Made by a program: the position numbers and the translations under genes. From Octopus vulgaris (Eukaryota): DNA of 64,000 nt. Shown here piece by piece: positions 14,284 through 38,405 of the stretch. Position 1 is the first letter of the stretch. Each line of letters opens with the position of its first letter. A model generated the notes under the pieces. It saw nothing but the letters and a program-made list of their open reading frames with translations. It did no database searches and had not been told where the DNA came from. The DNA is taken from assembly GCA_951406725.2 (NCBI GenBank), contig OX597830.1, positions 7,440,001 through 7,504,000 of the forward strand. Reading direction: 5' to 3'.

Positions 14284-14480
14284 CAGGTGGCGAGCTGGCA
14301 GAGTCGTTAGCAGGCCGGGCAATATTTTTAAAAGCATTCCGCCCGTCTTTTACGTTCAAAGTTCAAATTCCGCCAATATCGACTTTGCCTTTCTTCTCTA
14401 CGGGTTCCGATAAAATAAGTCCCAGTTCAGCACTGGGGGCTCATGTAACCGACTTAAAACACCACCCCGGAAATCCTCGT
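14284..14480 (+). mobile_element. SINE family B, diverged
   Basis: ggtggcgagctggcagagtcgttagca head and cgactttgcctt core. Confidence 0.75.
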
Positions 14481-15124
14481 GGGGAGGCTTTCAGTCTCTT
14501 CCCTCTTTACTAAGCTATTAAAATCTTTTATTCAAGTTATTTTGTATTTACCAAAATGTAATACATTTTGGTAAATATAAAATTAGTAATCTTGTTTTTA
14601 AAGATTTTATTTGTCGTGAGTGAGGAGAGAGGTGACACAATTAATCCTCTTCCAGGGCCTCCAAGACTGTTAAAAGGCTGCTAAAGATATATCGTCTGCT
14701 AGCAGACGTGGACTAAATACTTACAAGAAAGTGGATTCTCTTAAAAATAAGCAAGGGTCAGGTAGGAATATTTTTTAAAACTAGAATAACGAAATAAGTC
14801 TACAAATCAGTGAAAGAAAGGACCCGTGGGTCGGGATTTCACTGGGTTTCCTCATATTAACGAAATTCTGTTCACGTTGTTTTGATCCAACTGAAGCTAT
14901 GGAAGGAAATACAGGAACAAGAGATGGCGCAATGAGAACACATCTGAAACACCAAAGTTCAGAACTGGATTTTTTTTTTTACACATACATAAACGAAGAA
15001 TTATTTATACAAATAGCACATTGTTTCTTTCTGTAAATGAAGAATAACTGATTGAAATCGCTGCAATATATTGCGCTCACGCTGACAGAATTTTGTAGAT
15101 GAAGGCCACACCGTTATTTGATGT

Positions 15125-15275
15125 CAAGCTGAAAAAATCGTAAGTGCGTCGATCAAAAGGCTTAACAACATTTCGATTCTCTTTACGTTCTGAGTTGAAA
15201 TACCGCCGAGGTCGACTTTGCCTTTCATCCTTTCGGAGTCGATAAAATAAGTACCAGTTATGTATTGAGGTCTCG
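15125..15275 (+). mobile_element. SINE family B fragment
   Basis: ccgaggtcgactttgcctttcatcctttcggagtcgataaaataagtaccag. Confidence 0.8.
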
Positions 15276-15317
15276 AGATGTTCTCTTTTATTGGATTGCT
15301 TTTGTTTCGTTTGTACA

Positions 15318-15503
15318 TTTTCATACTTTTCTTGTTTCATTTCATTTGAGTGTGGCCATGCTGGACAATCGCCTTTAGTCGAACAAATTGACCCCAGGAC
15401 TTAATCTTTGTAATTCCAATACTTATTCTATTGCTAAGTTACGGGGACGTAAATACACCAACATCGGTTGTCAAGTATGATGGGAGACAAAGACAGACAC
15501 ACA
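15318..15503 (-). mobile_element. SINE family A, 3' half
   Basis: Reverse-complement match to the family A 3' region. Confidence 0.75.
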
Positions 15504-15517
15504 AATACATACATACT

Positions 15518-15549
<32 letters not shown>

Positions 15550-16079
15550 TTTAAATATATATGAGGGTATGATAGCTTGTAATATCCATGACTTAGCATG
15601 CATAAAAATCCCATAACTGTAAAAATTATCAATTAATAATATTTAAGGATACTAACAAGCAGTGCCGACATGCTAAATATAGTAGTAAATCTGACCAAAC
15701 TTTAACCACAAAGGTAAAAGCAGGAATATTGAGTAAAAATTCTTAACCCCGTACCAATCACGAAAATAATCGAAAATTGAAAATGCTAGGCATACCCGTA
15801 TCACCGTGATTTCTAACTTTGAGTTCATTCTCAGCGAGTTTTACTGACCCCAAGGGTAGAGAGTTTATTCATTTCAACCAATGTGTGCGATGACCGTTTT
15901 TAATGCCGCAGCAAATTTAAAAAAAGGGTGATCGAAGTGAATAAAAATTATTTAAATATAAATGAGGTTATTATCGTTTATAATAACATCACTGGCCTAG
16001 CATGCGTTAAAAACCTGTTCTAATTAGCATGCCAGCACGGCTTGTTAGTACCCCTAATTATTATTACACACACACACAC

Positions 16080-16140
<61 letters not shown>

Positions 16141-16141
16141 C

Positions 16142-16302
16142 ACGACTGTCTTCTTTCAGTTTCCGTCTACCAAATCAACTCACAAGGCTTCGGTCGGCTC
16201 GAGGCTATAGTTGAAGACACTTGCCCAAGATGCCATGCAGTGGGACTGAACCAAGAACCATGTGGTTGGGAAACAACCTCCTTACCACGCAGCCACTCCT
16301 GC
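16142..16302 (-). mobile_element. SINE family A, 5' half
   Basis: ttctttcagtttccgtctaccaaatc...cagccactcctgc is the reverse complement of the head. Confidence 0.85.
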
Positions 16303-16516
16303 TTCTTTCTTTTCCTTATTTTCTTTTTTTTTTTTTTTGCTTCCTTCTCTTCTACTCCCCGCTATTGTCCGATCGTCACTTCGGTAACTTTCCAACTGAC
16401 TCCACTTCATTCTTCGTTTCCTTCGGTTTTTCCGATGCATTCCCTTCTCTCTACCCTTCGTTCTATTCGGCCTTCTCTCTTCAGTTTTTATTCGCTCTCC
16501 CTCTTACAGAATCACC

Positions 16517-16790
16517 TCTCCTCCTCCTCCTCCTCATCCTCTTTCTTCTTCTTCTTCTTGTTGTTGTTCTTCTTCTTTCTTCTTCTTCTTCTTCTTCTTC
16601 TTCTTCTTCTTCTTCTCTTCTTCTTCTTCTTCTTCTTCTCTTCTTCTTCTTCTTCTTCTTCTTCTTCTTCTTCTTCTTCTTCTTCTTCTTCTTCTTCTTC
16701 TTCTTCTTCTTCTTCTTCTTCTTCTTCTTCTTCTTCTTCTTCTTCTTCTTCTTCTTCTTTTTCTTGTTCCTCTTCTACTTCTTCTTCTTC
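16517..16790. repeat. (TTC)n compound microsatellite
   Basis: Directly visible. Confidence 0.95.
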
Positions 16791-18635
16791 TTTGTTACAG
16801 TGTTCTTATTGTGTAAAACCTATTTTTGGCTTTAATTAGGGTCTGTCTCTTGGAGCAGTGAAGAACACGGTTAGCGTTCTTCCTTTGACTTGACTTTCAT
16901 CCAAACAGGTTAAATGTGAACGACAAACAAACGCACAAACAACGACAACAACAACAACGACAACATGAGCAATAACAACAACAACAACAACAAAAGCGTT
17001 GACAAAACCAATGCCAATGCGACTTTGACATAAAGCCAAAATGTCGTCGTAAAACAAAGATATAGAAAACCGTTCAAGACTCTGAATAGGCATATGTCTT
17101 ATATCTGGTTCCAGTCATTGGACGGCGGCCATGCTGGTGCACGGCTTTCAAGGTTTTTAAAACGATTTTATCCACTCTATTATTTATTCCAATCTGATAT
17201 ATATATTTTATCGATCTATATTTTATTGGTTAGCTGACAGAGTCGTCCGTGCGTTAGAAGGAAAGGCCTCCCAGTATGAACTCTTGAGTTCAACGCTCTT
17301 CATGGTGAACCTTACATATTATCGGGGCCGATAAATAAACTACATACCTACTATTGGCACCAATTCATTCCTTTCCTTCTTTCTCCCCCACTCTCTCTTC
17401 ATATGTGTATATGTATACACACACACACGCACACATACACACACACACACACACATCTATATATGCATGTATGTATATAGGCATGTATCTTCAAGTTTAA
17501 AACTATCAAAAACAACCCGATCCTTAATTTATTATGGTGCGTGCATCTACGAAATCGAGAGGTTTTAGGATCCGAGGAAGGGATTAAAAGCTTATAACTC
17601 GATGTTCCATTCTTGGCTTATAAACCTCCATTTATGTCATATCAATTCCGTACGGATTATATAAAACAATTCTGTACTTCTGAGGTGAGGAATTTATATT
17701 TTATGTCTTCGTTCGAAGTGGTGGCCTCATTTTGTTTGTTACTTTTTCATTATGACGCTCCCTCTGGAGAAAGGCACTATTTAATGTAGAAAATTCACCT
17801 AGAAGTTCTGAGTTCAATCCTTGGCAAAATACTAAGGTGACTCAGAAGACACCTGAAGAAGGCAGGAGCCTACAACAGCCGAAACGTATCGCACTCCCGA
17901 GTTACCTCAATACGGATTAGAATCACTGGTCTGAGGTGCATGTATGCAAATAAGAACGGGTCTATCTGCTGATGTGAAAAAGCGCCGCGCGAGTAAAACA
18001 AAATTATATTCTGAATTATGAGTAGCTCTAATTAAGTAAATAATCCTGATATTACATACCTAATGTATGTGGTTTTTAAAACTCGGCATTTCACATGGAC
18101 TTTCCTCTTGACGCAATCCCGCAGCCAATGAGTGAATAAACAAAACACATACCTTAAGTATCGAACGTCTTTGAAACATTTATTGATTTATAGGAATACA
18201 ATTCGGATTAGAATTAAATTTATACACGCATTTGAAATATTGCTAGATTTCATTAACAGTGTGTAGAACATTTGGAATGTGTATACAAATATGGGGCGGC
18301 CAACGCAGTTCATGGTTTCATTGATTTCTAAAAGTGATACAAGGTTTCACAGTACGGAGGAAAGTATAATCGATAATTACTGATTACAGTTTTTGATTGA
18401 TGTTTTATTGAATAAAAAGCCAGAGGTAGAAAAGTCACCGTCTGCCACAGTGGGATTTGAACCTAGGACATGATGAAACTTAGGCAAATATCACTGGATA
18501 TTTTGTCCGTTATTCTACCGATTTTGTCATTTAAGATTCTACCAGTTTGCCCAAATAATGAATCATGTCACAATCGAAGACGTTTTCTTTTTTATCGGAT
18601 ATCGAAGAATATATATAACTTAGTGTATCTATAAT

Positions 18636-18815
18636 ATTGGTTTCAAATTTATGCACAAGGTTAGCAACTGCAGGGCAAGGAGGAGGGGGCTAAGTTCATT
18701 AAATCGACTCCAGCGCTAAACCGGTACTTATTTTATTGACCCCCAAAGAGATAAAAAGCAAAGTCGACCTCGGCAGAATTTGAACTCAGAACACAAAGAC
18801 GGACGCAATAGCCGA
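18636..18815 (-). mobile_element. SINE family B, diverged
   Basis: gcaaagtcgacctcggcagaatttgaactcagaac is the reverse complement of the core. Confidence 0.8.
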
Positions 18816-19283
18816 CTACGAGTCCTTTTACGTTTGACTGTGGTCCCTGCCACATCGGTATTCTTCCCTCAGCCGTAAGGTTTCATTTCCATTCACGCCA
18901 GCTGAATTCAATTCGTTCCCAGTCGAAAGACGCCTGTTGTTATGTCCTGTTATCATTATCATTGCTGTTTTTTTTTTGTATTTTTGTCTTTATATTCGTG
19001 TAACATCGTCTGTTTTTCAGTCCTTGCTTCGTATACATTCGATGCATTTTCCAAGGAATCTAACGCTCTTAGCTTAGTTTTTCCAGGGTGCTGGCCAGGT
19101 TGGAGCAATGTCAAGATTAATCAGCCGAAATTGCGAGGATGATACGGTTCTTGACTGAAGATAAAAGGCTTCGAATGACCCGTCCGTGTTTTTTTTTGTA
19201 TTGTCTATCTGGATGTTTTTTTTGTCCCTTTTTGTATCACCTAGTTGCCCGGATGTTTTGCATTCTTGTCCCATTTTGTATAT

Positions 19284-19317
<34 letters not shown>

Positions 19318-19429
19318 CGGCCTACGTACACTTTGTTCTCTAGATATAGATATAGATATATAGATATATATTGACATATACATACAACCGCATGTATACA
19401 CATATATGTTGCATGCGTAAATATATAAA

Positions 19430-19516
<87 letters not shown>

Positions 19517-19702
19517 ATACATACCGTTATATATATGTATATATATATGTATGAATTATACGTATATACCTGTGCTAGTGTCTATATATATATATATATA
19601 TACATATATATAGTGATATGTGAACACAGGCAGTTACATATATGTGCGTTTATACACGTATACACATATATATAAATATGTATATATATGTGTGTATATA
19701 CA

Positions 19703-19740
<38 letters not shown>

Positions 19741-19850
19741 TATATTGTATACAGACTTAGTGAATGAAGCGCTGATCAGTCATATTATACTTCGCTTTTA
19801 TCTAAAACTTAAAACCTCCTACTTCTGCATACGCACATATTCATGAATAT

Positions 19851-19883
<33 letters not shown>

Positions 19884-20749
19884 TACACACTTATACACAA
19901 AACAAAACGAAGCAAAACATCAACAAAACCAAAGCGAAACATACGTCTTGAAAACACGAGAAACAAACACACAACGAGCAAAATTCATGCAAAACATAAA
20001 CACACACTTATAGACGCATACGCAGACACACACACGCATATATATATAGGTTAATACACATGTACATATATATGTATGTACATACACACACGCATATATA
20101 TATATGCACACAAATATATATACATGCACAAACATATATATAGACATATACACATGTTCATATATATATATATATATATACATACACACATATATTCATG
20201 CACACATACACATACACATACACACACATATATATATAACACCAGCAACAACAACAAGAAACACATGGATTTCATAACGACATAGCATGAAGAATCCGCC
20301 TCCGCCATCTTCACGCTCTTACTCCCCCCCACTGACATCCTCTCCACCACCATCAACGTTACGACCGCAATCTCTATGCTTTATGGTATGTGCTTGTTAA
20401 ATTCCTGGAAACAGCGTTGCTAGCGTTTAATGATAGAGCATGTGGAAGCGGCTTACTATTGACATGTAGCTAGCCATTGCGAAAATATCCAGTCCCATTG
20501 ATTAAACTCGCAGTAAACGAATGTAGAAAACACAAACGACGTTAGTTATATTATGGAGAAGCGGAGTGGAGCGGTGGAACGAGGCTGTGATGTGAGGTAG
20601 CGTGGAAGCGTACGTGGTATTGTTGTATCTTGCAGCACTCTTACTAATCTATCTATGTAAACATGTATGTATGTTCGTGTGGTTATATGAATAGAGGCAT
20701 GTGTGTATGTATACGAATGTGTACATGTATGTGAATCTATATGAGCATA

Positions 20750-21168
20750 TGCTCGTAGGAGTGGCTGTGTGGTAAGTATCTTGCTTACCAACCACATGGT
20801 CCTGGGTTCAGTCCCACTGCGTGGCACCTTGGGCAAGTGTCTTCTACTATAGCCTCGGGCCGACCAAAGCCGTGTGAGTGGATTTGGTAGACGGAAACTG
20901 AAAGAAGCCTGTCATATATATGTATATGTATGTATGTGTGTGTTTGTGTGTCTGTGTTTGTCCCCCTAGCATTGCTTGACAACCGATGCTGGTGTGTTTA
21001 CGTCCCCGTCACTTAGCGGTTCGGCAAAAGAGACCGATAGAATAAATACTGGGCTTACAAAGAATAAGTCCCGGGGTCGATTTGCTCGACTAAAAGCAGT
21101 GCTCCAGCATGGCCGCAGTCAAATGACTGAAACAAGTAAAAGAGTAAAAGAGTAAAAGAGTAAAGAGA
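20750..21168 (+). mobile_element. SINE family A (full length)
   Basis: Colinear with 4279-4697; (gtaaaaga)n tail. Confidence 0.92.
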
Positions 21169-21682
21169 GCATATGCATGTATCTGTATGTAGGATTACGC
21201 ACGTTTCTATGCGTACAGGGAAGGGATGTATGGATAGATAGATATGTAGATAGATGTAGAGGTATTAAGTTAGCTAAATGGATAGATATTTTGCACGATA
21301 TACAAATTCACACAAGGCGCACAATTATATGTATGTGTGTAAGTGCATGTATGCGTATATGTGTCTGTGTGTGTAAGTAGGTAGGTGAGTATGTATCTAT
21401 TAGTATATATGTATGTATATAATATATATATAAAGATAGGTGTGTATATGTTTGTGTATGTTCATATTTGTATACATAGGCATATACAAATTCACCCATC
21501 AGACACACATACCTATATACATACATACAGACAGACATACAAACAGACATACATACATATATACATACAGACAGGCAGAATGATAGACAGCTAGATAGAG
21601 AGATAGACCAAGAGACAGCTAGATATACAGGCAGGCAGGCAGACAGACTGGTAGACAGACTGGAAGACAGACAGACAGATAG

Positions 21683-21754
<72 letters not shown>

Positions 21755-21989
21755 TAAGTATGATGCAGATGGGTAGTTAAGTAAGAAGTTAGACGCATCT
21801 GAAGGTTGTGTCTCGATTCAGTCTGCGCCACTTTGCTAACGAAAGCCCGGATCTCTGTTCTAATGAAGACGGTCGTTGTATCGGCTTTATTGGAGACAGC
21901 GTTGAAAGCTGCTGTTTGGAACCTCGTTTGACATAAATGAATGGCGGTATTGAAGATGTGGAGGGAGAGAGTTTGATGGTCGGGCGATT

Positions 21990-22715
21990 TCTAAGAGCTT
22001 GGGGAGAGGAAGGGGAGAGATGGAAAAAGAATGGGGTTGAAGTGAGGAGGAAGGGGAGAGTGATTAATGAGAAGCTAAGGTCGGGAGATAAGGAGTAGGA
22101 GAGGAAGAAGAAGATAGAGAGATGCAAAGAGAGAGATTGACAAGGATGTTGAGAGATAAGGGAAGAAATTTGGAGAGAAAGGCAGTGATAAATGTGGGAG
22201 AGTGAAAGGGTGAAATGAAAGACAGAGGAAGTAAGAGAGAGATGCTGAGTTTTAAAGAGATAAATAGAGAGAGATGTGACGTTACATGTAGAAGGAGTGA
22301 TGTTGAGAGAGAGAGAGATGAAAAGAGAGATTGTTATAAATAGATGGAAAGAGTGATGGTTTGAAAGAGAGAGAGAAACCAATAGAGGAATGGAGGAAAT
22401 ACGAGAGAGGGAGAGAGAAAGAGAGATGAGGAAGTAGGGAAAGATGGTAAGAGAGAAAGGAGAACAGAGAGATAATGCGAGGGGGTAATGAGAAAAGGGG
22501 AGAGCAGACGGAGAAGAGCAACAGAAAAATGTAATAATTGAAAAAGAGGAGGGAGACAAACGTGGAAGAGAAATAGTGAGAGAGAGAGAGAGAGAGTGAA
22601 AAAGAGAGTGAGAGAGAGAGAGAAAGAGAGAAAGGAATTTGTGAATGATTTCGTAAAACTAAGAAATAGTGAGAGAAAATGTGAAGGAGAGGGAGTGAGG
22701 GTGAGAGGAGGGGGC
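21990..22715. repeat. Purine-rich (GA-rich) low-complexity tract
   Basis: About 700 bp strongly A/G-biased on the + strand. Confidence 0.85.
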
Positions 22716-23155
22716 TTAATTACTATTAATGCTTGACTGGGAAATATATCTATTAAGTAATAACTAATAATTAACTACTTCACTATCTAATCTAACAACG
22801 TGCCTGTGTGTATGTGTGTGTGTGTGTATTTACTAATAGGTTTGTGCGTGTGTGTTGTGTGTGTGTGTGCCTGAATGTGTGTATGCAAATGTCAGTATAT
22901 CTAGGCGTGTGTGCGTGCGTACGTGTGTTTGTGTATGTGTGTCTTTGTGTCTGTGTGTGTGTGTGTGTTTGTTTCTTACCACTGCTTGTTAACCGGTGTT
23001 TATTTACGTCATTGTAACTTAGCAGTTCGGCAAAAGTGACAGGTAGAATATTACCAGGCAGTAAAAATCAAGCACTAGGATCAATTTCTTTCAATACAAC
23101 CCTTCATATGGCTCCAACCCAATGACTTGTATAAGCAAAAATATCAATATTTATA

Positions 23156-23233
<78 letters not shown>

Positions 23234-23283
23234 TATGTATATATATACATACATATATATATGTATATATATATATTCATATA

Positions 23284-23366
<83 letters not shown>

Positions 23367-23751
23367 GCTTAGTAAAATAAATTACTTTGCCACATACTGA
23401 ACTCATTAGAAATAGCAGCTAAAGAAATTTCTTCAGCTATTTCTAATATTTAAAGAAGATCTCTCTCAGATAGTGTTTGCCTAAACCAACTCACAAAGGT
23501 ATGGGGGAAAAAACATTAAAAAATCAAGTGCAAAGGAATTCCTTGAATCGGATTTGGGAACACTGAAAGTCGGGAGCATACCCTTTCGGCTTCTCATCAC
23601 CTCTAGAATTCTGCTCAAACTAAAAGTGCTATCAAATCCGAATATGCAAGCGAAGAATTTCTGCTCTCCCCTTTCCACCAGCGTGGGTTAAAATTGACAA
23701 ACACCATGTATTAACGGTGAAAACCGCTGCATTTAACAGAGAGAGATGAAT

Positions 23752-23860
23752 TATAATTTCAACAATTGAGGGTAAAATTAATTAATTATTAATCAATTTC
23801 ACCATACTGAATACTTGGTGAAATTGATTAATAATTAATTAATTTTACACTCAATTGTTG

Positions 23861-23868
<8 letters not shown>
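23752..23868. repeat. Near-perfect hairpin (arms about 53 bp, 11-nt loop) ending in (TA)n
   Basis: tataatttcaacaattgag...aatttcacca / tggtgaaatt...ctcaattgttgaaattata; one mismatch seen. Confidence 0.9.
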
Positions 23869-23912
<44 letters not shown>

Positions 23913-23915
23913 CAT

Positions 23916-23968
<53 letters not shown>

Positions 23969-23972
<4 letters not shown>

Positions 23973-24217
23973 TGGTTGGCCAGAAGCCACCTGACAGTAA
24001 ATCAAAACCATTTAATTTCCAAGATTAAAACAAAAAGTTCTTTTTATATGAGACTTTGCTAATAAATAGACAAATGTTGTAAAAGAAAAAACGGTGGTTT
24101 TAAGTCACAGCATTCAATTATTAAAGCGTTCCTAATTGGAATGAATAAATAAAATTGAATATTAAGTATTTATAGAATTTTTGATTTACTGTTGGGTGAC
24201 TTTTGGCCAACCCCGTA
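23969..24217. mobile_element. Tc1/mariner-type MITE
   Basis: Imperfect TIRs ggttggccagaagccacctgacagtaaatcaaaa / ttttgatttactgttgggtgacttttggccaacccc, followed by g-TA; AT-rich non-coding interior. Confidence 0.8.
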
Positions 24218-24361
24218 TGTCATGGTAGTTTTTACGTCTTTCTGCTCCTATGACAATGCATTATAAAAATCATTCTTTCATTATTGTTCTTTCGTTTTAC
24301 GTATATGCCGCATTTTATTTTTATTTATCTACTCTTTTATTTTTGCTTTTTATATTCTATA

Positions 24362-24645
24362 TATACTTTTCTACTCTAGGCACAAGGACCGACATTTTTA
24401 GGGAGGGGGGATCAGTCGATTAGATCGACTCCAGTACGCAACTGGTACTTAATTTATCGACCTCGGCAAAGTCGACCTCGGCAGAATTTTGAGGGAGAGG
24501 GGGCAGTCGACTAGATCGACCTCAGTACGCAACTGGTACTTAATTTATCGACCTCGCAAAGTCGACCTCGGGACGGAGAGAGAGACGAAATACAGCTAAG
24601 GGTTTCGCCCGGCGTGCTAACCTGTCTGCCAGCTGCTCGCAGCCT
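24362..24645 (-). mobile_element. SINE family B with tandem duplication
   Basis: cagtacgcaactggtacttaatttatcgacctc occurs twice; head ctgccagctgctcgc. Confidence 0.85.
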
Positions 24646-25179
24646 TTCATATTCTAAAGATTGGTATGACTTAATGAACGTATCTTCAGCATTTAAGATT
24701 TGAAATAGATATTCTCTGAAGACCATTCAGAAGAAACGAAAGTAATGAACCGTTGCTTTCTCTTCGTTGCTAAATTTCCTGTTTTATATACACGTGATAT
24801 ATTCAAGACCTCAGTAAATATATTTCTATTGAACACACTTCATGTTGTGTACATGAATTTCTTTAATGTGTAAATCAGCCACCTTAGATTGTTGTTTTAT
24901 TGCAGCCCCATGAGAGTCCTGATCGAATAGACTTATGTTCAAAAATATTCGATCCGTGGATAAACGGTCTTTCTGGTATGGTTAGGGAATACAGCATTTT
25001 TTTATCTACAGAACCAATTACTAACTCTAAGTGATGGGATCTGAAGGGGATTTGGCTGCTATGTCTAGCAAGTCCAGCGACCATCTAAGGATAATCCCGT
25101 TCATTCATGCTGTGTTTATTATGTCAGTGACTTAAAAAGGTTCTAGCATTGTTTTATTTCTGTTTATTTATATCACATA

Positions 25180-25332
25180 TGCGGCTATTTGGTAAGAAGT
25201 TTGCTTCCCAACGACATAGTTCTTGGTTCAATTCTAATGTGGAGCGCCATGGACATGTGTCTTCTACTATGTCAACGAGCCGACCAATCATTTTGAATGG
25301 ATTTAGTAGACGGAAACTGGAAGAAGCCCGTC

Positions 25333-25335
<3 letters not shown>
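25180..25335 (+). mobile_element. SINE family A, 5' half (diverged)
   Basis: gtagacggaaactggaagaagcccgtcgtgtata leads into the (TA)n tract where the Penelope fragment starts. Confidence 0.75.
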
Positions 25336-25376
<41 letters not shown>

Positions 25377-25380
<4 letters not shown>

Positions 25381-26700
25381 AAGACAGCATGGATCAACTC
25401 CTTGATTTCAAAAGAATGCTCAACAACACACACAGCAATATACAATTCACTATGGAACACAACAGTAAGCAACTCCCTTTTCTAGACATCTTAATTAGAT
25501 TAGTTAACAACCACATAGAAACAGACATCTTTTATAAACCCACACATTCTAAACAATACCTATTATTTAACTCCTGCCACCCCAAACACATAAAAATCAA
25601 CATACCCTTTAACCTAGCGAAAAGAATCTACACCATAGTTTCCGATTCATACACTCGAGAACATACACTCCTTGAACTTAGATCTACACTAACTAAAAGA
25701 CATTACCCAATCTCATTAGTAAATGAAGACATGAAAAGAGCTAAGGAAATAGATATACAAATGTTAAGGAAAACTAGCCGAAATACTAAACGAGACTTAA
25801 AAATACTCCTGTACATTTCCACACGTAACCCTAGAAACAACGAAACCCTCAACATCATCACCCAAAATCTTCCCATCCTCACAGCAGACAAAACAATGAA
25901 CGACATTTTAAACTCATATAAAATTATAAAAAGCGAATAGCAACCGAAGTCACTGAAAAAAAATTAACCAGCGCTAGGCTGTATCCACTAACAACAGAGC
26001 CAAAAGTGACAAAATGTGGACGTTCTAACTGTGGAACATGCCCCCAACTTCTGGAAGGGTTGAGAATTCCAATTCAAGCAAGGAGAAATATTTAAGATCA
26101 AATCAAATTTCACCTGCGCCTCAGTAAATGTAATCTGTGTCATGACATGCATAGGATGTGGTAAACTCTATATTGGACGAACAGGAATTTCGCTCCGTCA
26201 AAGAATCACCATTCACAAAGAGCAAATCCGTCACCCACAATACAGACAGTTAAAGGTGAGTGAACACATAGAAAGGTGTGCCAGGAATCTCAATCCCAAT
26301 TTCCAAATATTTCCCTTTTACCAATGTTCACGGAACACCACAATGCCACAAAGGTTGAATAAACAGGCATTTTTCATCAATAAATTTCTCCCCCAAATAA
26401 ATATGAACACACAACTCAATACAGAACACCACTAACTCTTCAATTGGAACCACTAACCCCTATACCCTTCCTACACCACTCACATCTCTAAATCCAGAAC
26501 TACTTACCTCCCTTACAAATAATCCAGAACTACTTACCTCCCTTACAAATAATCTTTTTTCTCAGGAACTATTAGACCTGACACCGTGTATTAGCCGGTG
26601 TTTTTCAAGCGATGAATAGTTGCGTAAACCATGGTTCGCTTTCTTCTCTAACTTTATTATCATTTTATAATCATCTCATAATAATGACTTTTATGACTCT
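25377..26700 (+). mobile_element. 5'-truncated, degenerate Penelope-like element (RT C-terminus + GIY-YIG endonuclease)
   Basis: IQFTME...LPFLDI...TDIFYKPTHSKQYLLFNSCHPKHIKINIPF; then, after a stop and frameshifts, KCGRSNCGTC and MTCIGCGKLYIGRTG...R...H. Starts at (TA)n. Confidence 0.92.
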
Positions 26701-26867
26701 TATTACTACCTCAGTCAATCTAAATATATATATTTGTCGTTACCTGTCATAAATAGTCTTTTTTAGTTTGCAACGTGCATTTTCGTTGATTTTTCATATT
26801 TTACCCTTACAATTCCACGTGTATTTTATATTTTCTTTTTGTAACATATTTCTACTATATATATATA

Positions 26868-27051
26868 TCGGGATAGTTTACGAAAAAACCAAAACACGAA
26901 GACTGGTGGTGTACAAAACAAACAGATGTATTAGTATAACGCTCAGGAATAGAAAAAGTCTTTTACGTTTCGAGCCTACGCTCTTCTACAGAAAGGGACA
27001 CAGAAAAAACAAGGAGAGAAAAATGGAGAGAAAAAGGGAGAGAAACAAAGA
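26868..27051 (-). mobile_element. Short non-autonomous pLTR-like element with minimal HHR motif (26960-26995)
   Basis: Minus strand reads CTTT-CTGTAGA-A-GAGC-gtag-GCTC-GAAA-CG-TA-AAAG. Flanked by (TA)n. Homologues at 45565 and 59732. Confidence 0.75.
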
Positions 27052-27099
27052 ATATATATATATAAGAGACCCGTCGTAAAAACATACATATATAAATAT

Positions 27100-27406
27100 T
27101 TAGGGGTCACCCACTTCGTTCATGAATGACCATGGGATTGCACCTAGAAAGTTGCCCTCTGAGGCGATGTCCGGGAAAGGTTGTTTATGGAAGACAAGCA
27201 GTCACCAATGCATACCAAGGGAAAGACAGACACTGATACAGCTTGGAACCAGTGTCATCGCAATTCATTTCTACAGCTGAGTGAACTGAGCAACGTGAAA
27301 TAAAGTATCTTGCTCAAGAACACGACACGCAGCCCGGTCCGGGAATCGAACTCACATCCTCACGATCGTAAGCTCGACGATCTAGCCACTGAGCCATGTG
27401 CCTTCA
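27100..27406 (-). mobile_element. SINE with family C-type tRNA head and a different 3' tail
   Basis: Minus strand gaaggcacatggctcagtggctag...gagttcgattcccgg...ttcttgagcaagatactttatttcacgttgctc. Confidence 0.8.
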
Positions 27407-27426
27407 CATATATACACACACACACC

Positions 27427-27514
<88 letters not shown>

Positions 27515-27659
27515 GGATGGATAGATAGATAGATAGATAGACAGACAGACACACACACACACACACACACAGATATATGGATGGATGGACGGATGGATGG
27601 ATGGATGGATATATATATATATATATATATATATAGATAGATAGATAGATAGATAGATT

Positions 27660-27729
<70 letters not shown>

Positions 27730-27888
27730 CACACACACACAGACATATGGATGGATGGATGGATGGATAGATAGACAGATGGATAGATAGATAGATAGAC
27801 AGACAGACAGATAGATAAACAGACAGACAGACAGACAGATAGATTGATAGATAGATAGATAGACAGATATAGACAGGCAGACAGATAA

Positions 27889-27971
<83 letters not shown>
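27427..27971. repeat. (AGAT)n/(AGAC)n/(GGAT)n compound microsatellite
   Basis: Directly visible. Confidence 0.95.
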
Positions 27972-27973
<2 letters not shown>

Positions 27974-28160
27974 AATTCAAAATGCTTGATTCTTTCATAA
28001 ATTCCTCGACTCATCAACTCACTGAAAATCATTCTGGTAAAACTATATTCGCCAATAATTAGAGTAACCTTTTCAAGAACCGCCTAACCATACCAGCTGG
28101 AACTACTGCTAAAATAACGGAAGCATTGCATCATTCCTCCACCCCCACCGCTCCATCATT

Positions 28161-38233
<10,073 letters not shown>

Positions 38234-38356
38234 TTTGTTCCCGGCTCACAGGCAGACATTTAATGCTGAACATAATTGTCAACATAGATATTGAAGCATT
38301 AAAACATTACGAATATATATATATATATATATATATATAATGTATGTATGTATATG

Positions 38357-38401
<45 letters not shown>

Positions 38402-38405
38402 GTGT

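Noticed and set aside
19140-19190. CTGAAGA...CGAA motif in a (TA)n-ending repeat
   Set aside because: No GAAA and no convincing stems; may be a pLTR relic but unsupported.
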